Source of the DNA: an uncultured cyanobacterium
GTDB lineage: Bacteria; Cyanobacteriota; Cyanobacteriia; Pseudanabaenales; Pseudanabaenaceae
Assembly (NCBI GenBank): GCA_963703315.1
Contig: OY969811.1
Span: 1,472,001 to 1,536,000, forward strand
DNA length: 64,000 bases
Direction: 5' to 3'
Under the pieces are notes generated by a model. It was not told where the DNA came from. It searched no databases and saw nothing but the letters and a program-made list of their open reading frames with translations. Within the stretch, counting starts at the first letter, position 1, and every line of letters begins with the position of its first letter. The position numbers and the translations under genes are program-made. Below are positions 45,722-56,237 of the stretch, in pieces.

Positions 45722-48679
45722 CTAGAGAGGATCTTGGAGAAATAAAGACAAGTTAAGATTTCTTAAAAGTGCCTCTACGGAATCTGGGAAAAGAGGCGTT
45801 GAGAATAGATAACCTTGACCAAATTGATAGCCAAGTTCTTGCAATCTTTCTAGTTGTTGTGCAGTTTCAATCCCTTCAGCGATCGTATTTAGTTCTAATT
45901 GTTCGCTGAGAGTAGCGATCGTTTTGACAATCTGATGGTTCTTAGTACCGTCATAGATTTCATTTACAAATGAGCGATCAACCTTCAGGTTATTGATCGG
46001 TAAGCGATGCAGATAACTGAGTGATGAATAGCCTGTTCCAAAATCATCAATACTAATTTGAATGCCCTTATTTTTTAATTTGGTAAGCGTCGTAATTGTT
46101 GATTCAATATCTTCAATCAGCATACTTTCAGTAATCTCTAAGGTCAGATATTGTGGCTCTAAATGGGTTTCGGATAGAATCATGTCGATCTCTTCCACCA
46201 GATCCGATCGCCTGAGATCTTGTACTGAGAGATTTACACTCATTTTCAAATTAGAACAATGAGGGAGGGCATTTTGCCATTTTACTAATTGCTTACAAGC
46301 AGATCTCAATGCCCAATAGGTGAGTCGGGTAATGAGTCCAATTTCCTCCATGATGGCGATAAAATCGTTGGGAAATATTAAGCCATGCTGGGGATGTTGC
46401 CAACGGACTAGGGCTTCAAATCCAACCAGATATCCTGTATCTAGCGCCACAATCGGTTGATAGTACAGTACAAATTCTTGACAGTTAATTGCTCGCCGCA
46501 AATCATTCTCTAGTTGCATCCGTCTAAGGGCTTGCCTGTGCATTTGCACATCAAATATTTCATACTTTGCCTTGCCACTTGTTTTTGCTCGATACATGGC
46601 AATGTCCGCATCTCGGAGTAAATGTGAAGCTTCCTCATAGTCTTTTGTACCAAAAACTACACCAATGCTAGCGGTGGTATACACTTCTCTTTCGGCAATG
46701 GCGATCGGAACTTGCAACGCTATAAAAATTCTTTCGGTGGCGTGAATTGCTTCTTGAATATCTTTGATTTCTTCTAGCAAGATCACAAACTCGTCACCTC
46801 CTAAACGCGCTACCAGATCGATTTCACGGAATGTGGCTTGCAGCCTTTGCGCGATCGCCAGCAGCAGTTGATCGCCCACTAGATGTCCTAAGCTGTCATT
46901 AATCACTTTAAAACGATCTAAATCGAGAAATAACACGGCGAACTGGTAGTTATCAAAACGTTTAGCTCGGTGAATCGACAAATCTAATCTTTCCATTAAG
47001 AGATGACGGTTGGGCAATCCTGTTAAGGTGTCGTGTAGTGCTGTATATCTTAATTTGGTCTGATCTTGAACCCGTTCGGTAACATCACGGGAGGTCGTTT
47101 GCAGTTTTATAATTTGCCCTTCGGCATCTCTAATCGGTTTAGTTAGGGTCTCAAACCAAATGTAGTTGCCAGATTTTTGCCGCATTCGATAGGTAATAGG
47201 AATAGGATTGCCATTGATTGCTGCTTCATGGGATTCCTGTCGAATGCGATCGCAATCATCGGGATGGAAAAATGTATAGGGATACTGCCCAATCATTTCA
47301 TAGTCATAGTAACCAAGCAAAGTCTCGCAGGAGGGACTGACATAGAGATATTGACTATCAAGACAATGTAAACAGACTAAATCGTTAATATTTTCTGCTA
47401 AGAGCCGATAACGCCCCTCGCTTTTGCGTAAATCTATTTCCGCCTGTTTCCGAGCCGTGATATCACGAATCAGAATTGTGGCTTCATTTTTACCACTAAC
47501 TACAGTCCTTGCCTCTTCATAATGTATGTCACCATCGATCACAATTTGGTATTCATGAAATTGAATTTCCCCAGTTTGAAATGCTTGCTCAATATAGTAC
47601 ATCCGCTTTTGAGCGATTTCTGGTTCAAGCACATCTAATATACTTTTACCAAGCATTTGGGCAGGTAAAACTGCAAGCTCAATTTCATCGGAGGGAATTG
47701 CATCTAAATAGAAACCATCACGGCTCACCCGTAAAATGAGATCGGGAATTGCATCGATTAAGGCTTGATTGGTGACAATAGCTTGGCGCAGATTTTCTTC
47801 AGTTTGTTTTTGTTCGCTCAGGTCAATATCTACGCAATAGAGTTCCTGCTCTCCGTCAGAGTTACTCAACATTACGTGACTAGAATAAACTGCTACTCTA
47901 AGCCCGTCTTTACGCACTAGTCTCAGTTCACCTGCTGGAATAGATTGCCCATTGATGAGCCAATTTTGAATCGCATCAATTACCCCTTGTCGCATCTCTG
48001 GAGGAATAATCAGATCCTCAAGTTGCTGACCGATCGCTTCAGCCTTGCTGTAACCATAAAGATATTCACTGGCATCATTCCAGTAGATTACTTGACGTTG
48101 ACGGTTATAACCTTGAACTGAGATTTTTGGGGTTGACTCAAATAAGCTCCGAAATCTCTGCTCACTTTTTTCTAATAGGGCTGCGGCTTGTTTGCGATCG
48201 CTAATATCCTGAAAAGTCGCGATCGCATAAATAACTTGTCCTTGTTGATCAAAAATAGGTGTAGCTGACACTTCTAAAGGAACTACACGATCAGGACGAT
48301 GGATTTCTAAATCACTAACTCGAATAGTTTCTCCTGTGAAGGCGCGACTACTGGGTAAGTCTTCAAATGGATAAGGTTCTTCAGTCCCAGCGCGATATAT
48401 TTGGAAAAATTCTGAAAGGCGATCGGGTTCAGCTTCGGAGTAGCGATTATTACCAAGTAGCGATCGCCCAATATTATTGATATAAATTAGTTGACCTGTT
48501 GAGTCATGGACAGCAATCCCGATCGGTGTCGCATCTAAAAATTGGATCAGACGGCTCTCACTGACCGACAAAGGCACATTGGCGACGAGTGACTCCACAA
48601 GACGCTTGACATTAGTTGGTGTGTTTTCCCAATCTTCTGGAGAAATCTGCTCAGACACTAAAGGAGACTGTTTTTCCAT
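45722..48679 (-). CDS. Multi-PAS GGDEF-EAL c-di-GMP signalling protein
   Basis: Four PAS/PAC-like units; REID..ARLGGDEF; FEALVRW; DDFGTGYSSL. Confidence 0.94.
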   Translation of the reverse strand: MEKQSPLVSEQISPEDWENTPTNVKRLVESLVANVPLSVSESRLIQFLDATPIGIAVHDSTGQLIYINNIGRSLLGNNRYSEAEPDRLSEFFQIYRAGTEEPYPFEDLPSSRAFTGETIRVSDLEIHRPDRVVPLEVSATPIFDQQGQVIYAIATFQDISDRKQAAALLEKSEQRFRSLFESTPKISVQGYNRQRQVIYWNDASEYLYGYSKAEAIGQQLEDLIIPPEMRQGVIDAIQNWLINGQSIPAGELRLVRKDGLRVAVYSSHVMLSNSDGEQELYCVDIDLSEQKQTEENLRQAIVTNQALIDAIPDLILRVSRDGFYLDAIPSDEIELAVLPAQMLGKSILDVLEPEIAQKRMYYIEQAFQTGEIQFHEYQIVIDGDIHYEEARTVVSGKNEATILIRDITARKQAEIDLRKSEGRYRLLAENINDLVCLHCLDSQYLYVSPSCETLLGYYDYEMIGQYPYTFFHPDDCDRIRQESHEAAINGNPIPITYRMRQKSGNYIWFETLTKPIRDAEGQIIKLQTTSRDVTERVQDQTKLRYTALHDTLTGLPNRHLLMERLDLSIHRAKRFDNYQFAVLFLDLDRFKVINDSLGHLVGDQLLLAIAQRLQATFREIDLVARLGGDEFVILLEEIKDIQEAIHATERIFIALQVPIAIAEREVYTTASIGVVFGTKDYEEASHLLRDADIAMYRAKTSGKAKYEIFDVQMHRQALRRMQLENDLRRAINCQEFVLYYQPIVALDTGYLVGFEALVRWQHPQHGLIFPNDFIAIMEEIGLITRLTYWALRSACKQLVKWQNALPHCSNLKMSVNLSVQDLRRSDLVEEIDMILSETHLEPQYLTLEITESMLIEDIESTITTLTKLKNKGIQISIDDFGTGYSSLSYLHRLPINNLKVDRSFVNEIYDGTKNHQIVKTIATLSEQLELNTIAEGIETAQQLERLQELGYQFGQGYLFSTPLFPDSVEALLRNLNLSLFLQDPL

Positions 48680-48753
48680 AACTACAACATAGACAAGCTT
48701 GTTTCAATTCATTGTATAGCTATGAACATAATTTCTAGCCTTCCTATTGCCAA

Positions 48754-48858
48754 TAAGTAGCTGAGCATAATTAAAAAAACAGATCCAAAACCTGTGGCGC
48801 ACGCACAGCGTGCGCCACAGGTTTTAGGGTTTTATATTTAATTGCACCCAGCTACTTA
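48754..48858. mobile_element. MITE-like element, family A
   Basis: TAAGTAGCTGAGCATAATT...AATTGCACCCAGCTACTTA. Confidence 0.8.
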
Positions 48859-48968
48859 CTTTGGACAGTTTTTAAAAGCTTGTATCGTTATGAAATTATT
48901 GGCTCCACAAATTACAGCCAAGTCGTTATTATATGAGTTATTGACAACAGAATTATCACTCTTTAACT

Positions 48969-51900
48969 ATGAAAAGGAAATCTATTCGCGATCGCCTATC
49001 TAGCACTTTCATTTACGGGTTAGCACTGATTTTAGGGGAAGCTACTCTTGGTTTAGCTTTGGCTGTAAATTCTGACTTACTAGAAAACGAGCAATTATTT
49101 ATTTCGATTAAGTCCAAACAATTTAAAAATAACTCGATAGAAGCGCAATTAATTCAAGCCGAAAAGCTATTTGATCAGGGAAAGTTTAAAGAATCTTTAC
49201 AAGAATATCAACAGGCTCTGGCTGTCTCCAAACAACAGGGCGATCGCTTACGAGAACTACAATCTCTAACGGGGATTGGTGCTGCCCAAGTTAGCTTAAG
49301 GCAAGAAAAACAGGCGATCTCCACTTTATTAGATGCAACTCAAATTTTGCAATCTCTACCTGTTCAATTAACTGCCACTGATAAGACTAACTATCGCAAA
49401 GCCGAAGGAGAAGTGACTTATCAATATGGACGAGCCTATCTGAATTTGGAACAGTTTGATAATGCTTTAAAACTGCTAGAAAATTCTTTAGCCATTCGGA
49501 AAGAAGTAGGCGATCGCTATCGTGAAGGCAAAACCCTTGCCAAGATTGGCATTGTCTATGTAAAAAAGTTTGAGTTTCCTAAATCTGTAGGCTACTTTGA
49601 GGAGGGGCTTAAACTAAGTCAAGCAGTTGGCAATCGCGCCTCTGAAGCCCAAACTCTATTTTATTTAGGTTCCATTTATAGCTTGTTGGGAAAAAAGGAA
49701 CAGGCGATCGCTTTCGCAAGACAAAGCGGTGCAGCCTATCAAGCGATCAAAAGTCCTTTGGGAGAGGCAACTGCTTTAAATTTAGAAGCAAATATCTACA
49801 GCATGGCTTTGGAATATGCTAAATCGATTGAGCTAAATCTCAAGGCTTTAGAATTGGTCAAGCAATCAGGCGATCGCTCCCGTGAAGCAGGAATGCTTAA
49901 TGTTGTTGCCACTTCCTATCGCAATCTTAATCAATATCCAAAAGCCATTGAATTCTATCAGCAAGGACAAAAGCTCTACCGTGAACTAGGCGATCGCGCC
50001 GAGGAAGGGCGCAATCTCAAAGATATTGCGGAATTGTATCTTGAGCAAGGGAAAACCCGTGAAGCCCTAGAAACTTACACTCAAGCTAAGGCGATTTATC
50101 TAGATTTAACCAAGGTTCCTAATCCTAAGCAGAGCGATAAATCAACCCTCGCTAGTATTCTTGTAGGAGAAGGAAGTCTGTATACCTCACTGAGTCAATA
50201 TCCTAAAGCCTTAAATAGTCTCCAAGAAGCGCGATCGCTTTATGAATCCGTAGGTGATAAGCAGGGAGAAGGTGTTGCTTCGATGTATTTGGCTGGGGTC
50301 TATCTGCAATTGGGTGAACCTAGCAAGGTTACGGAGATCCTGAAACAATTACCAGCACTCGCCAAAAATTCGCCCCAACTTCAAAAAATGGCGGAGTCCC
50401 TAATTGCGCTATTTAATACCAATTCCCCATCGGCTAACCCTCAAATCCAGTTGAAAACTGCTCAAGATTTACTGGAATTCTTTAGACAATCAGGCAGCCG
50501 TACATCAGAAGCCGCCATGCTTTCCCAAATCGGCGCTTTATATCTCGACCTCCAGCAACCTGAGAAGTCCATCACTTCCTATCAACAGGCACTAGAGATT
50601 TTTCGGGCTATAGGCGATCGCTCAGGTGTTGCCAATTCCTTTTACAATTTAGGTTTAGTCTATGCCCTATCGAATCAAAGCGATCGCGCTTTTGTGTCTT
50701 TCCAAGCAGCCTTGGCATATTCCCGTGAAGTGGGGAATCGCAATCAGGAAAGCAAATTGCTTGGTAATTTGGGAACGCTGATTAAAAGCCAATATCCGCA
50801 ACTAGCGATCGCCTTTTTAAAACAATCGGTAAATGTCACGGAGTCCATTCGCAAAGAATTGAAAGTACTTGCCCTAGAGCAGCAAAGGTCTTATCAACAG
50901 ACGATTTCCTACAACTATCGGATCTTGGCAGATTTGCTATTGCAACAGGGGCGGGTGATGGAAGCATTGCAGGTTCTAGATTTATTAAAGGTGCAAGAAC
51001 TGCAAGAATACTTACAAAATGTTAAAGGGAACGATCGCACGGCTCAAGGGCTGTATATTTTCCCTGAAGAGAACTTGCAAACGCAAGCGATCGCCGCACA
51101 ACCCTTTAAATCTCTGCAACCGCTCATCGATAGCAATCAAAAAATTACGCAACAATTACAACAAACTACACCAACAGAACTTAATCGTGTTCCCTCATAT
51201 CTCCAAAAACTGCCTCAGGGTCAGGCTCTGCTTTATCCCCTGATTTTAAGCGATCGCCTAGAGTTAATTCTCTTTATCCCTAATAAATTGCCAATCCGTC
51301 GCTCCGTTAAGATATCAGAACCGCAAATTTTGCAGTTAATTCAAGATTTTCAAGCAGGACTTCGAGATGCTAGTTCCCTTGATGTTCTTGAACCTGCCTC
51401 AAAGCTCTACGATCTTCTGATTAAGCCCATCGAAGCCGATCTCGCGCAAACTCATACGATTCTCTATGCTCCCGATGGACTGTTGCGCTATGTGCCGCTT
51501 ACAGCGCTCTATGATGGTAAACAGTGGCTAGTGGAGAAATATGGCATTAATAACTTAGTTGCCTATAGTCTGAGCGATTTTAGCCATAATTCATCAAAAA
51601 CTTTACGGATCGTGGCGGGAGCCTTTGGTGGACAGCCCAATAGTAAAAAATTTGGTCAAGTGGGCTTGCCTGCATCGTTAACGGAAGTACAGGCGATCGC
51701 CTCTGCTTTACCGAATACGACTAAGCTACTCAACAATGATTTCAGCCGCCAAGCCACTGAATCCTTAATGCGAAACAATAACATTGTCCATTTGGCTACC
51801 CATGCCGAATTTAACATTGGTAAGCCTGAAAATTCTTTTTTAATTTTTGGTAATGGCGATCGCATTTTGCTCAATGAAATGAAGGATTTGCCCATGTCCA

Positions 51901-52205
51901 ATGTTGATTTAATCGTTCTCAGTGCTTGCCAAACTGGGCTTGGTAAATTTGGCAATGGGATTGAAATTTTGGGCTTTGGCTATCAAGTGCAAAGGGCTGG
52001 TGCAAAAGCGGCAATTTCTTCGCTATGGCAAGTGAGTGATGAAGGAACAAAGGTATTGATGCAGGAGTTTTATCGCAATGTCAAAACAGGCGATCGGTCT
52101 AATGCAGAGTCATTACGCCAAGCTCAGATCGCCACAATTCGCTCTAAGGACTTTTCCCATCCTTTCTATTGGTCAGCCTTCATCATCATTGGTAATGGGT
52201 TGTAA
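48969..52205 (+). CDS. TPR-repeat CHAT-domain (caspase-like) protein
   Basis: Many GDR..EA..L..LG TPR units; VHLATHA and VLSACQT catalytic His/Cys; HPFYWSAF. Confidence 0.92.
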   Translation: MKRKSIRDRLSSTFIYGLALILGEATLGLALAVNSDLLENEQLFISIKSKQFKNNSIEAQLIQAEKLFDQGKFKESLQEYQQALAVSKQQGDRLRELQSLTGIGAAQVSLRQEKQAISTLLDATQILQSLPVQLTATDKTNYRKAEGEVTYQYGRAYLNLEQFDNALKLLENSLAIRKEVGDRYREGKTLAKIGIVYVKKFEFPKSVGYFEEGLKLSQAVGNRASEAQTLFYLGSIYSLLGKKEQAIAFARQSGAAYQAIKSPLGEATALNLEANIYSMALEYAKSIELNLKALELVKQSGDRSREAGMLNVVATSYRNLNQYPKAIEFYQQGQKLYRELGDRAEEGRNLKDIAELYLEQGKTREALETYTQAKAIYLDLTKVPNPKQSDKSTLASILVGEGSLYTSLSQYPKALNSLQEARSLYESVGDKQGEGVASMYLAGVYLQLGEPSKVTEILKQLPALAKNSPQLQKMAESLIALFNTNSPSANPQIQLKTAQDLLEFFRQSGSRTSEAAMLSQIGALYLDLQQPEKSITSYQQALEIFRAIGDRSGVANSFYNLGLVYALSNQSDRAFVSFQAALAYSREVGNRNQESKLLGNLGTLIKSQYPQLAIAFLKQSVNVTESIRKELKVLALEQQRSYQQTISYNYRILADLLLQQGRVMEALQVLDLLKVQELQEYLQNVKGNDRTAQGLYIFPEENLQTQAIAAQPFKSLQPLIDSNQKITQQLQQTTPTELNRVPSYLQKLPQGQALLYPLILSDRLELILFIPNKLPIRRSVKISEPQILQLIQDFQAGLRDASSLDVLEPASKLYDLLIKPIEADLAQTHTILYAPDGLLRYVPLTALYDGKQWLVEKYGINNLVAYSLSDFSHNSSKTLRIVAGAFGGQPNSKKFGQVGLPASLTEVQAIASALPNTTKLLNNDFSRQATESLMRNNNIVHLATHAEFNIGKPENSFLIFGNGDRILLNEMKDLPMSNVDLIVLSACQTGLGKFGNGIEILGFGYQVQRAGAKAAISSLWQVSDEGTKVLMQEFYRNVKTGDRSNAESLRQAQIATIRSKDFSHPFYWSAFIIIGNGL

Positions 52206-52409
52206 AAAAGTATCTTGGCTATCTAGTTATTGTTATAAAATATTCCAAGGCAATCAGGCGATCGCGAGGAATTTTATCAAGCCAATAGGTTTTATCTTCT
52301 GTATCTTCTTCGGTTAGATTTGTAACGCTAAAGACTTGATGATTAAACTGAAAGTTATCAAGTTTTTTATTGCTCATTTTTGTAAACCTATAGAGTAACT
52401 ATTAGATTG

Positions 52410-52715
52410 CTAACTGGTGACGATATCTTCTTTTTTGATTCCAGCTTCAATGAGTGCGTTAACTAATCCTTCCTCAAAGTTGTCTTCTTCAATGATGACT
52501 TGGCGATCGCTGCTATCTTTTTCGATAAGCCGCGCATGAAATAGTACAAAATCCATCCATTTTTGTTTGTCAAATCCTGTTGCAAGAACAACGAATTGAC
52601 CAGACTCAAGATCACAAACTGGATAAAGTTTGATTGCTTGTATGCTTGGTTGATGAATGGTTGCGTCCTTCACTACTTTCTTGAGAATTTCTGAATAGTC
52701 TATAGGTTTAGACAT
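52410..52715 (-). CDS. XisI family protein (no xisH partner adjacent)
   Basis: VCD..SGQF....TG......D.VLFH....IEED..EEG....LIEAGI.KEDIV; C-terminus short. Confidence 0.82.
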   Translation of the reverse strand: MSKPIDYSEILKKVVKDATIHQPSIQAIKLYPVCDLESGQFVVLATGFDKQKWMDFVLFHARLIEKDSSDRQVIIEEDNFEEGLVNALIEAGIKKEDIVTS

Positions 52716-52914
52716 TTCTCTCTCCTTGAAATAAGATCAAAAAACCTTCTTGGGTAAAGTGTTTATCGTGGGTCAAAATTTCTTTGATTTTGAGACGATC
52801 CATGATGATCATTGACATACAGTCGGTGAGACTATAGCCTTTGTCAAGACGATTTTCATAAAGATCTAGTCCCTTAATAAAGACTTCTCTGGTATGGTTT
52901 ATGACTTGATCGAT
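52708..52914 (-). pseudogene. vapC: VapC/PIN toxin, C-terminal half only
   Basis: Manual translation ...HTREVFIKGLDLYENRLDKGYSLTDCMSMIIMDRLKIKEILTHDKHFTQEGF...; N-terminal PIN half absent. Confidence 0.8.
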
Positions 52915-53291
52915 TGCTTGGGCGAACCGTACAAATAATGATCATGATTGACGGCTCCATCGGTGGGTAAGCGATCTAGGACTTCTGGCGGAATGGATTG
53001 AGCAAAGGTTGTAAAACTCTCCCAAATAGGAATTTCTGTATCTATTTCATGCGTTGATGAGTTGACTTGTGGTTCTGGTAAATCTTTATCTTTAGAAATT
53101 GATAGTAAGTTAAGTAACTCTTGGGCTGTTGTGTCAAGGATACGGGCAATGGTGAAGATAGATACTTGGGGCTGATTATTTAAGGTGATGATGCTGCTAG
53201 GTTGTTCGTTTTGCAGCCATGCCAAGAAATTATCTGGTGTTGTACCTAATACTTCGGCTGAGGTTTCTAAATCAAGGGTTAGTTTTGTCAT
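52899..53291 (-). CDS. Putative antitoxin-like protein (partner of the truncated VapC)
   Basis: C-terminal PIWE.......IP.E....LPTDGA.NHDHYLYG.PK motif, typical of genes preceding cyanobacterial PIN toxins. Confidence 0.65.
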   Translation of the reverse strand: MTKLTLDLETSAEVLGTTPDNFLAWLQNEQPSSIITLNNQPQVSIFTIARILDTTAQELLNLLSISKDKDLPEPQVNSSTHEIDTEIPIWESFTTFAQSIPPEVLDRLPTDGAVNHDHYLYGSPKQSIKS

Positions 53292-53321
53292 GGTTTTAGA
53301 GTTTGATTGACAATTGAATTT

Positions 53322-53528
53322 TTAAGCGGCAACCAATTTGCTTTGAGGTCGGGGAATCGGTCTTCCCAGTTCTGTCGCTGTTTGAATCCACTCATCTATG
53401 ATGATCTGGACATTGCTAAGGGCTTCAAAATAGGTTGCGCCGTCAGCCATACATCCTGCTAGTTATTGCACTTCGGCAATGTAGGCTTCATCTTCTGAAT
53501 TCCAATGTATAAGTATTTTATAATGCAT
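53322..53528 (-). pseudogene. hicB: HicB-family antitoxin with a premature stop
   Basis: MHYKILIHWNSEDEAYIAEVQ*LAGCMADGATYFEALSNVQIIIDEWIQTATELGRPIPRP; TAA at codon 22 (53463-53465). Confidence 0.85.
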
Positions 53529-53601
53529 TATCTCTTTTCCTTATTTACGCATAATTGTCTGCTATAACGAATAATATGTAATGATATTCTCTCACTCTCT
53601 A

Positions 53602-54648
53602 TTAATGACAATAAAGAATCTTTAGACAGAGTTTTTCTATCATATCTATAGGTAATGAATTCTCAGGAATATCCTCTCCATGAGCAATTTTATCGCGAAC
53701 CTTTTTAATTGATTTAAAAATTTCAATATCATTGTCATCAATATTATCCCAAATCAATATTGCACACCAATGAAAGCGTTGTGAAAGAGTTTTACTTTCT
53801 GCCTGACGTTCTAGAAAAAACTTTTCCCCCAATACCATAACTCTATCTGGAATTTGGTTTACGCAATTAACATAGTTCCGAAAGTCAATTTTTTTAAATG
53901 CCTGATGTGTATAAATTTCTAGTACAAAGAAAAAATTTAAAAATTTTTTAAGCCTATCATTTTCGTTAAGAGCTAAATGCAGAAATGAGCTTACTTTATG
54001 ATCTAATCTACTATACAGATTTAATGAATCCTGTATTTTCATTTTTATCTCGGCTAGACTAATCATTTTGGAACTAAAGAATGTTATTGACGTTTCTATG
54101 AAGACATCACGAATATTTTCTCCTGATTTTGTTTTTCCACAAATATCAGTAAGTATTGATTTGAATCGAATGGGTTGATGGAGCAAAGACAAATGAACTG
54201 ATAGAGATGAGATTATTTGAGGTGTAATCACCGAGCTTTTCATTATCAAAGATTCCTTGGCTTCTGAAAAACAGTTCCAAGTTAAAGTAACATTCTTATC
54301 CTTATCTTTTTTCCAATAGCCTGATTTACAAGTAAAAAACTTGTTTAAACTGACATCAAGAATTAGAAAAGGGGGCTTTGCTTTATTCTCTTCCAACCAT
54401 CTATTCTCATCTTCAACCAGATCTTCATTAAATAGATATTGATATATCTCATTTAGACTATTTCCAAATCCAAAGGAAAACTCGTTACTCTTATGACACA
54501 AGTCTGCAAAAGCCTTAGATTCAGATTCTTTAATAAGAATTCCTTCAACTTGATAGACTTTAACTAAGCTAAACGTAGCTTCAATTATCATTCCATTTGG
54601 AATTTCTTCAAAACCCATATGCTCAATCTCAGTTATAGTAATTGCCAT
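53602..54648 (-). CDS. Hypothetical protein with a C-terminal HEPN-like RxxxxH motif
   Basis: AT-rich 348-aa ORF; KFLNFFFVLE helix and KKVRDKIAHG near the C-terminus. Confidence 0.65.
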   Translation of the reverse strand: MAITITEIEHMGFEEIPNGMIIEATFSLVKVYQVEGILIKESESKAFADLCHKSNEFSFGFGNSLNEIYQYLFNEDLVEDENRWLEENKAKPPFLILDVSLNKFFTCKSGYWKKDKDKNVTLTWNCFSEAKESLIMKSSVITPQIISSLSVHLSLLHQPIRFKSILTDICGKTKSGENIRDVFIETSITFFSSKMISLAEIKMKIQDSLNLYSRLDHKVSSFLHLALNENDRLKKFLNFFFVLEIYTHQAFKKIDFRNYVNCVNQIPDRVMVLGEKFFLERQAESKTLSQRFHWCAILIWDNIDDNDIEIFKSIKKVRDKIAHGEDIPENSLPIDMIEKLCLKILYCH

Positions 54649-54796
54649 AAGAACTATGTTTCTTTTTATTAATTATTTTTATTGTAATTCCGTATTAGTG
54701 ATCTTTAGAATTACAGCTTGGCAAAATATTTTGCCCCACGATCGCATTAATGATTGTTGACTTACCCGCCTTCATGGGTGCAGCAATCTCCATCGG

Positions 54797-55501
54797 TTAT
54801 TCATCAACACCAAACGATCGCAACTTTGCCAATAATAACTCCACCTGTTCTTGAGCAATATCAGCCCGTTGTTTTTCGATATCAGCTTTTTCTTCGCTTG
54901 TGAGATAACGCTGACCTCTCTCATCAAACCAAGATAATATCTCACGCTCAAAGCGATCGCTAGGTAGTACAGCGCGTCCAATCCCTAAGCCGATTTCTGC
55001 CATCCACAATGGCTCACCAATCTGCAATTGATAATCACCATCAACTAATTTGTAAACCTCAAAGGGCAAATGTCCATCGCGCCGCCAAAACTTAGGATTG
55101 TAAATCACATAATATTTGACACCCAATTTGCGGTAAATATCTAATTTCTTTTCGTATTCATCGCCATAGCTATGGGATACAACCTCTAAGGTCAAAATTG
55201 GCGGTGTATAATCTTCTTCCCACATCACATAGCTACTACGCGATCCGCCATTTTTACGCCGTTCCACTCCCAAGCTCAAAAATCCATCAGGAATTACAGG
55301 AACTCTCGGACTTACGCCAGTGGTGTGATAGATGCCCATATCCACACCAAAGTACCAATCATCACGATTTTTCCAAATATATTCCAACAAAAATAACAGT
55401 AAATTCGGTACAAAATTCTGGTCTTCGTTATCCACAGGCGTATCGTCAGAATCGGGTAATTCGTCACTGGTGGGCAGATGTTTGAGATCGATTTGGAGCA
55501 T
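54797..55501 (-). CDS. Uma2 (DUF820) family putative endonuclease
   Basis: LPTSDELPDSDDTPVDNEDQ, VIPDGFLSLG, LEVVS....EY..KL..Y..LGV.YYVIYNP. Confidence 0.92.
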   Translation of the reverse strand: MLQIDLKHLPTSDELPDSDDTPVDNEDQNFVPNLLLFLLEYIWKNRDDWYFGVDMGIYHTTGVSPRVPVIPDGFLSLGVERRKNGGSRSSYVMWEEDYTPPILTLEVVSHSYGDEYEKKLDIYRKLGVKYYVIYNPKFWRRDGHLPFEVYKLVDGDYQLQIGEPLWMAEIGLGIGRAVLPSDRFEREILSWFDERGQRYLTSEEKADIEKQRADIAQEQVELLLAKLRSFGVDE

Positions 55502-55575
55502 CGGAATTACCTCAAAATTAGCTATCTAGTTGGTATTATAGGCGATCGCAAAATCCCTAAAACAGAACAGCAATT

Positions 55576-56169
55576 TTACATTCTTTTAATAATAAAATCA
55601 GTAATTACGCTTAAACCTTCTTGGGTTTTGAGATTACTAAAAACAAAAGGTTTTTCGCCACGCATTTTTTGAGCATCACGCTCCATTACGCCAAGATCTG
55701 CGCCCACGTAAGGAGCCAGATCAATTTTATTAATTACTAACAAATCAGATTTGGTAATCCCAGGTCCACCTTTGCGCGGAATTTTATCACCTGCGGCAAC
55801 ATCAATTACATAGATAGTTAAGTCCACCAGTTCAGGACTAAAGGTTGAGGCAAGATTATCGCCACCACTTTCCACAAAGATTAAATCTAAATCGGTGAAG
55901 CGAATTTCTAGTTGCTCGATCGCGGCTAAGTTCATCGATGCATCTTCACGAATCGCGGTATGGGGACAGCCGCCTGTTTCAACACCGACAATGCGATCGC
56001 GCTCTAAGGCTTGACTACGGACGAGAAACTGAGCATCTTCTTGAGTGTAAATATCATTGGTGACGACGGCAATCTGGAAATGCGATCGCATAGATTTACA
56101 GAGAGAATCGACAAGGGCAGTTTTTCCAGAACCAACAGGTCCCGCAACTCCGACACGAAATGGTGACAT
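55576..56169 (-). CDS. ureG: Urease accessory GTPase UreG
   Basis: [26 protein letters not shown]. Confidence 0.97.
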   Translation of the reverse strand: MSPFRVGVAGPVGSGKTALVDSLCKSMRSHFQIAVVTNDIYTQEDAQFLVRSQALERDRIVGVETGGCPHTAIREDASMNLAAIEQLEIRFTDLDLIFVESGGDNLASTFSPELVDLTIYVIDVAAGDKIPRKGGPGITKSDLLVINKIDLAPYVGADLGVMERDAQKMRGEKPFVFSNLKTQEGLSVITDFIIKRM

Positions 56170-56237
56170 AGAGATTTATCTTTAATCTATACTGTTTAAG
56201 GGCAAAGCGCTATTTACCATAGTATAGATGAGTAACC

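Noticed and set aside
53555..53600. attC-like site after the HEPN gene
   Set aside because: Only one TAAC/GTTA half-site is visible, with no matching inverse core or stem
55428..55436. DnaA box TTATCCACA
   Set aside because: Single occurrence inside the Uma2 coding region, far from dnaA; not an origin signature
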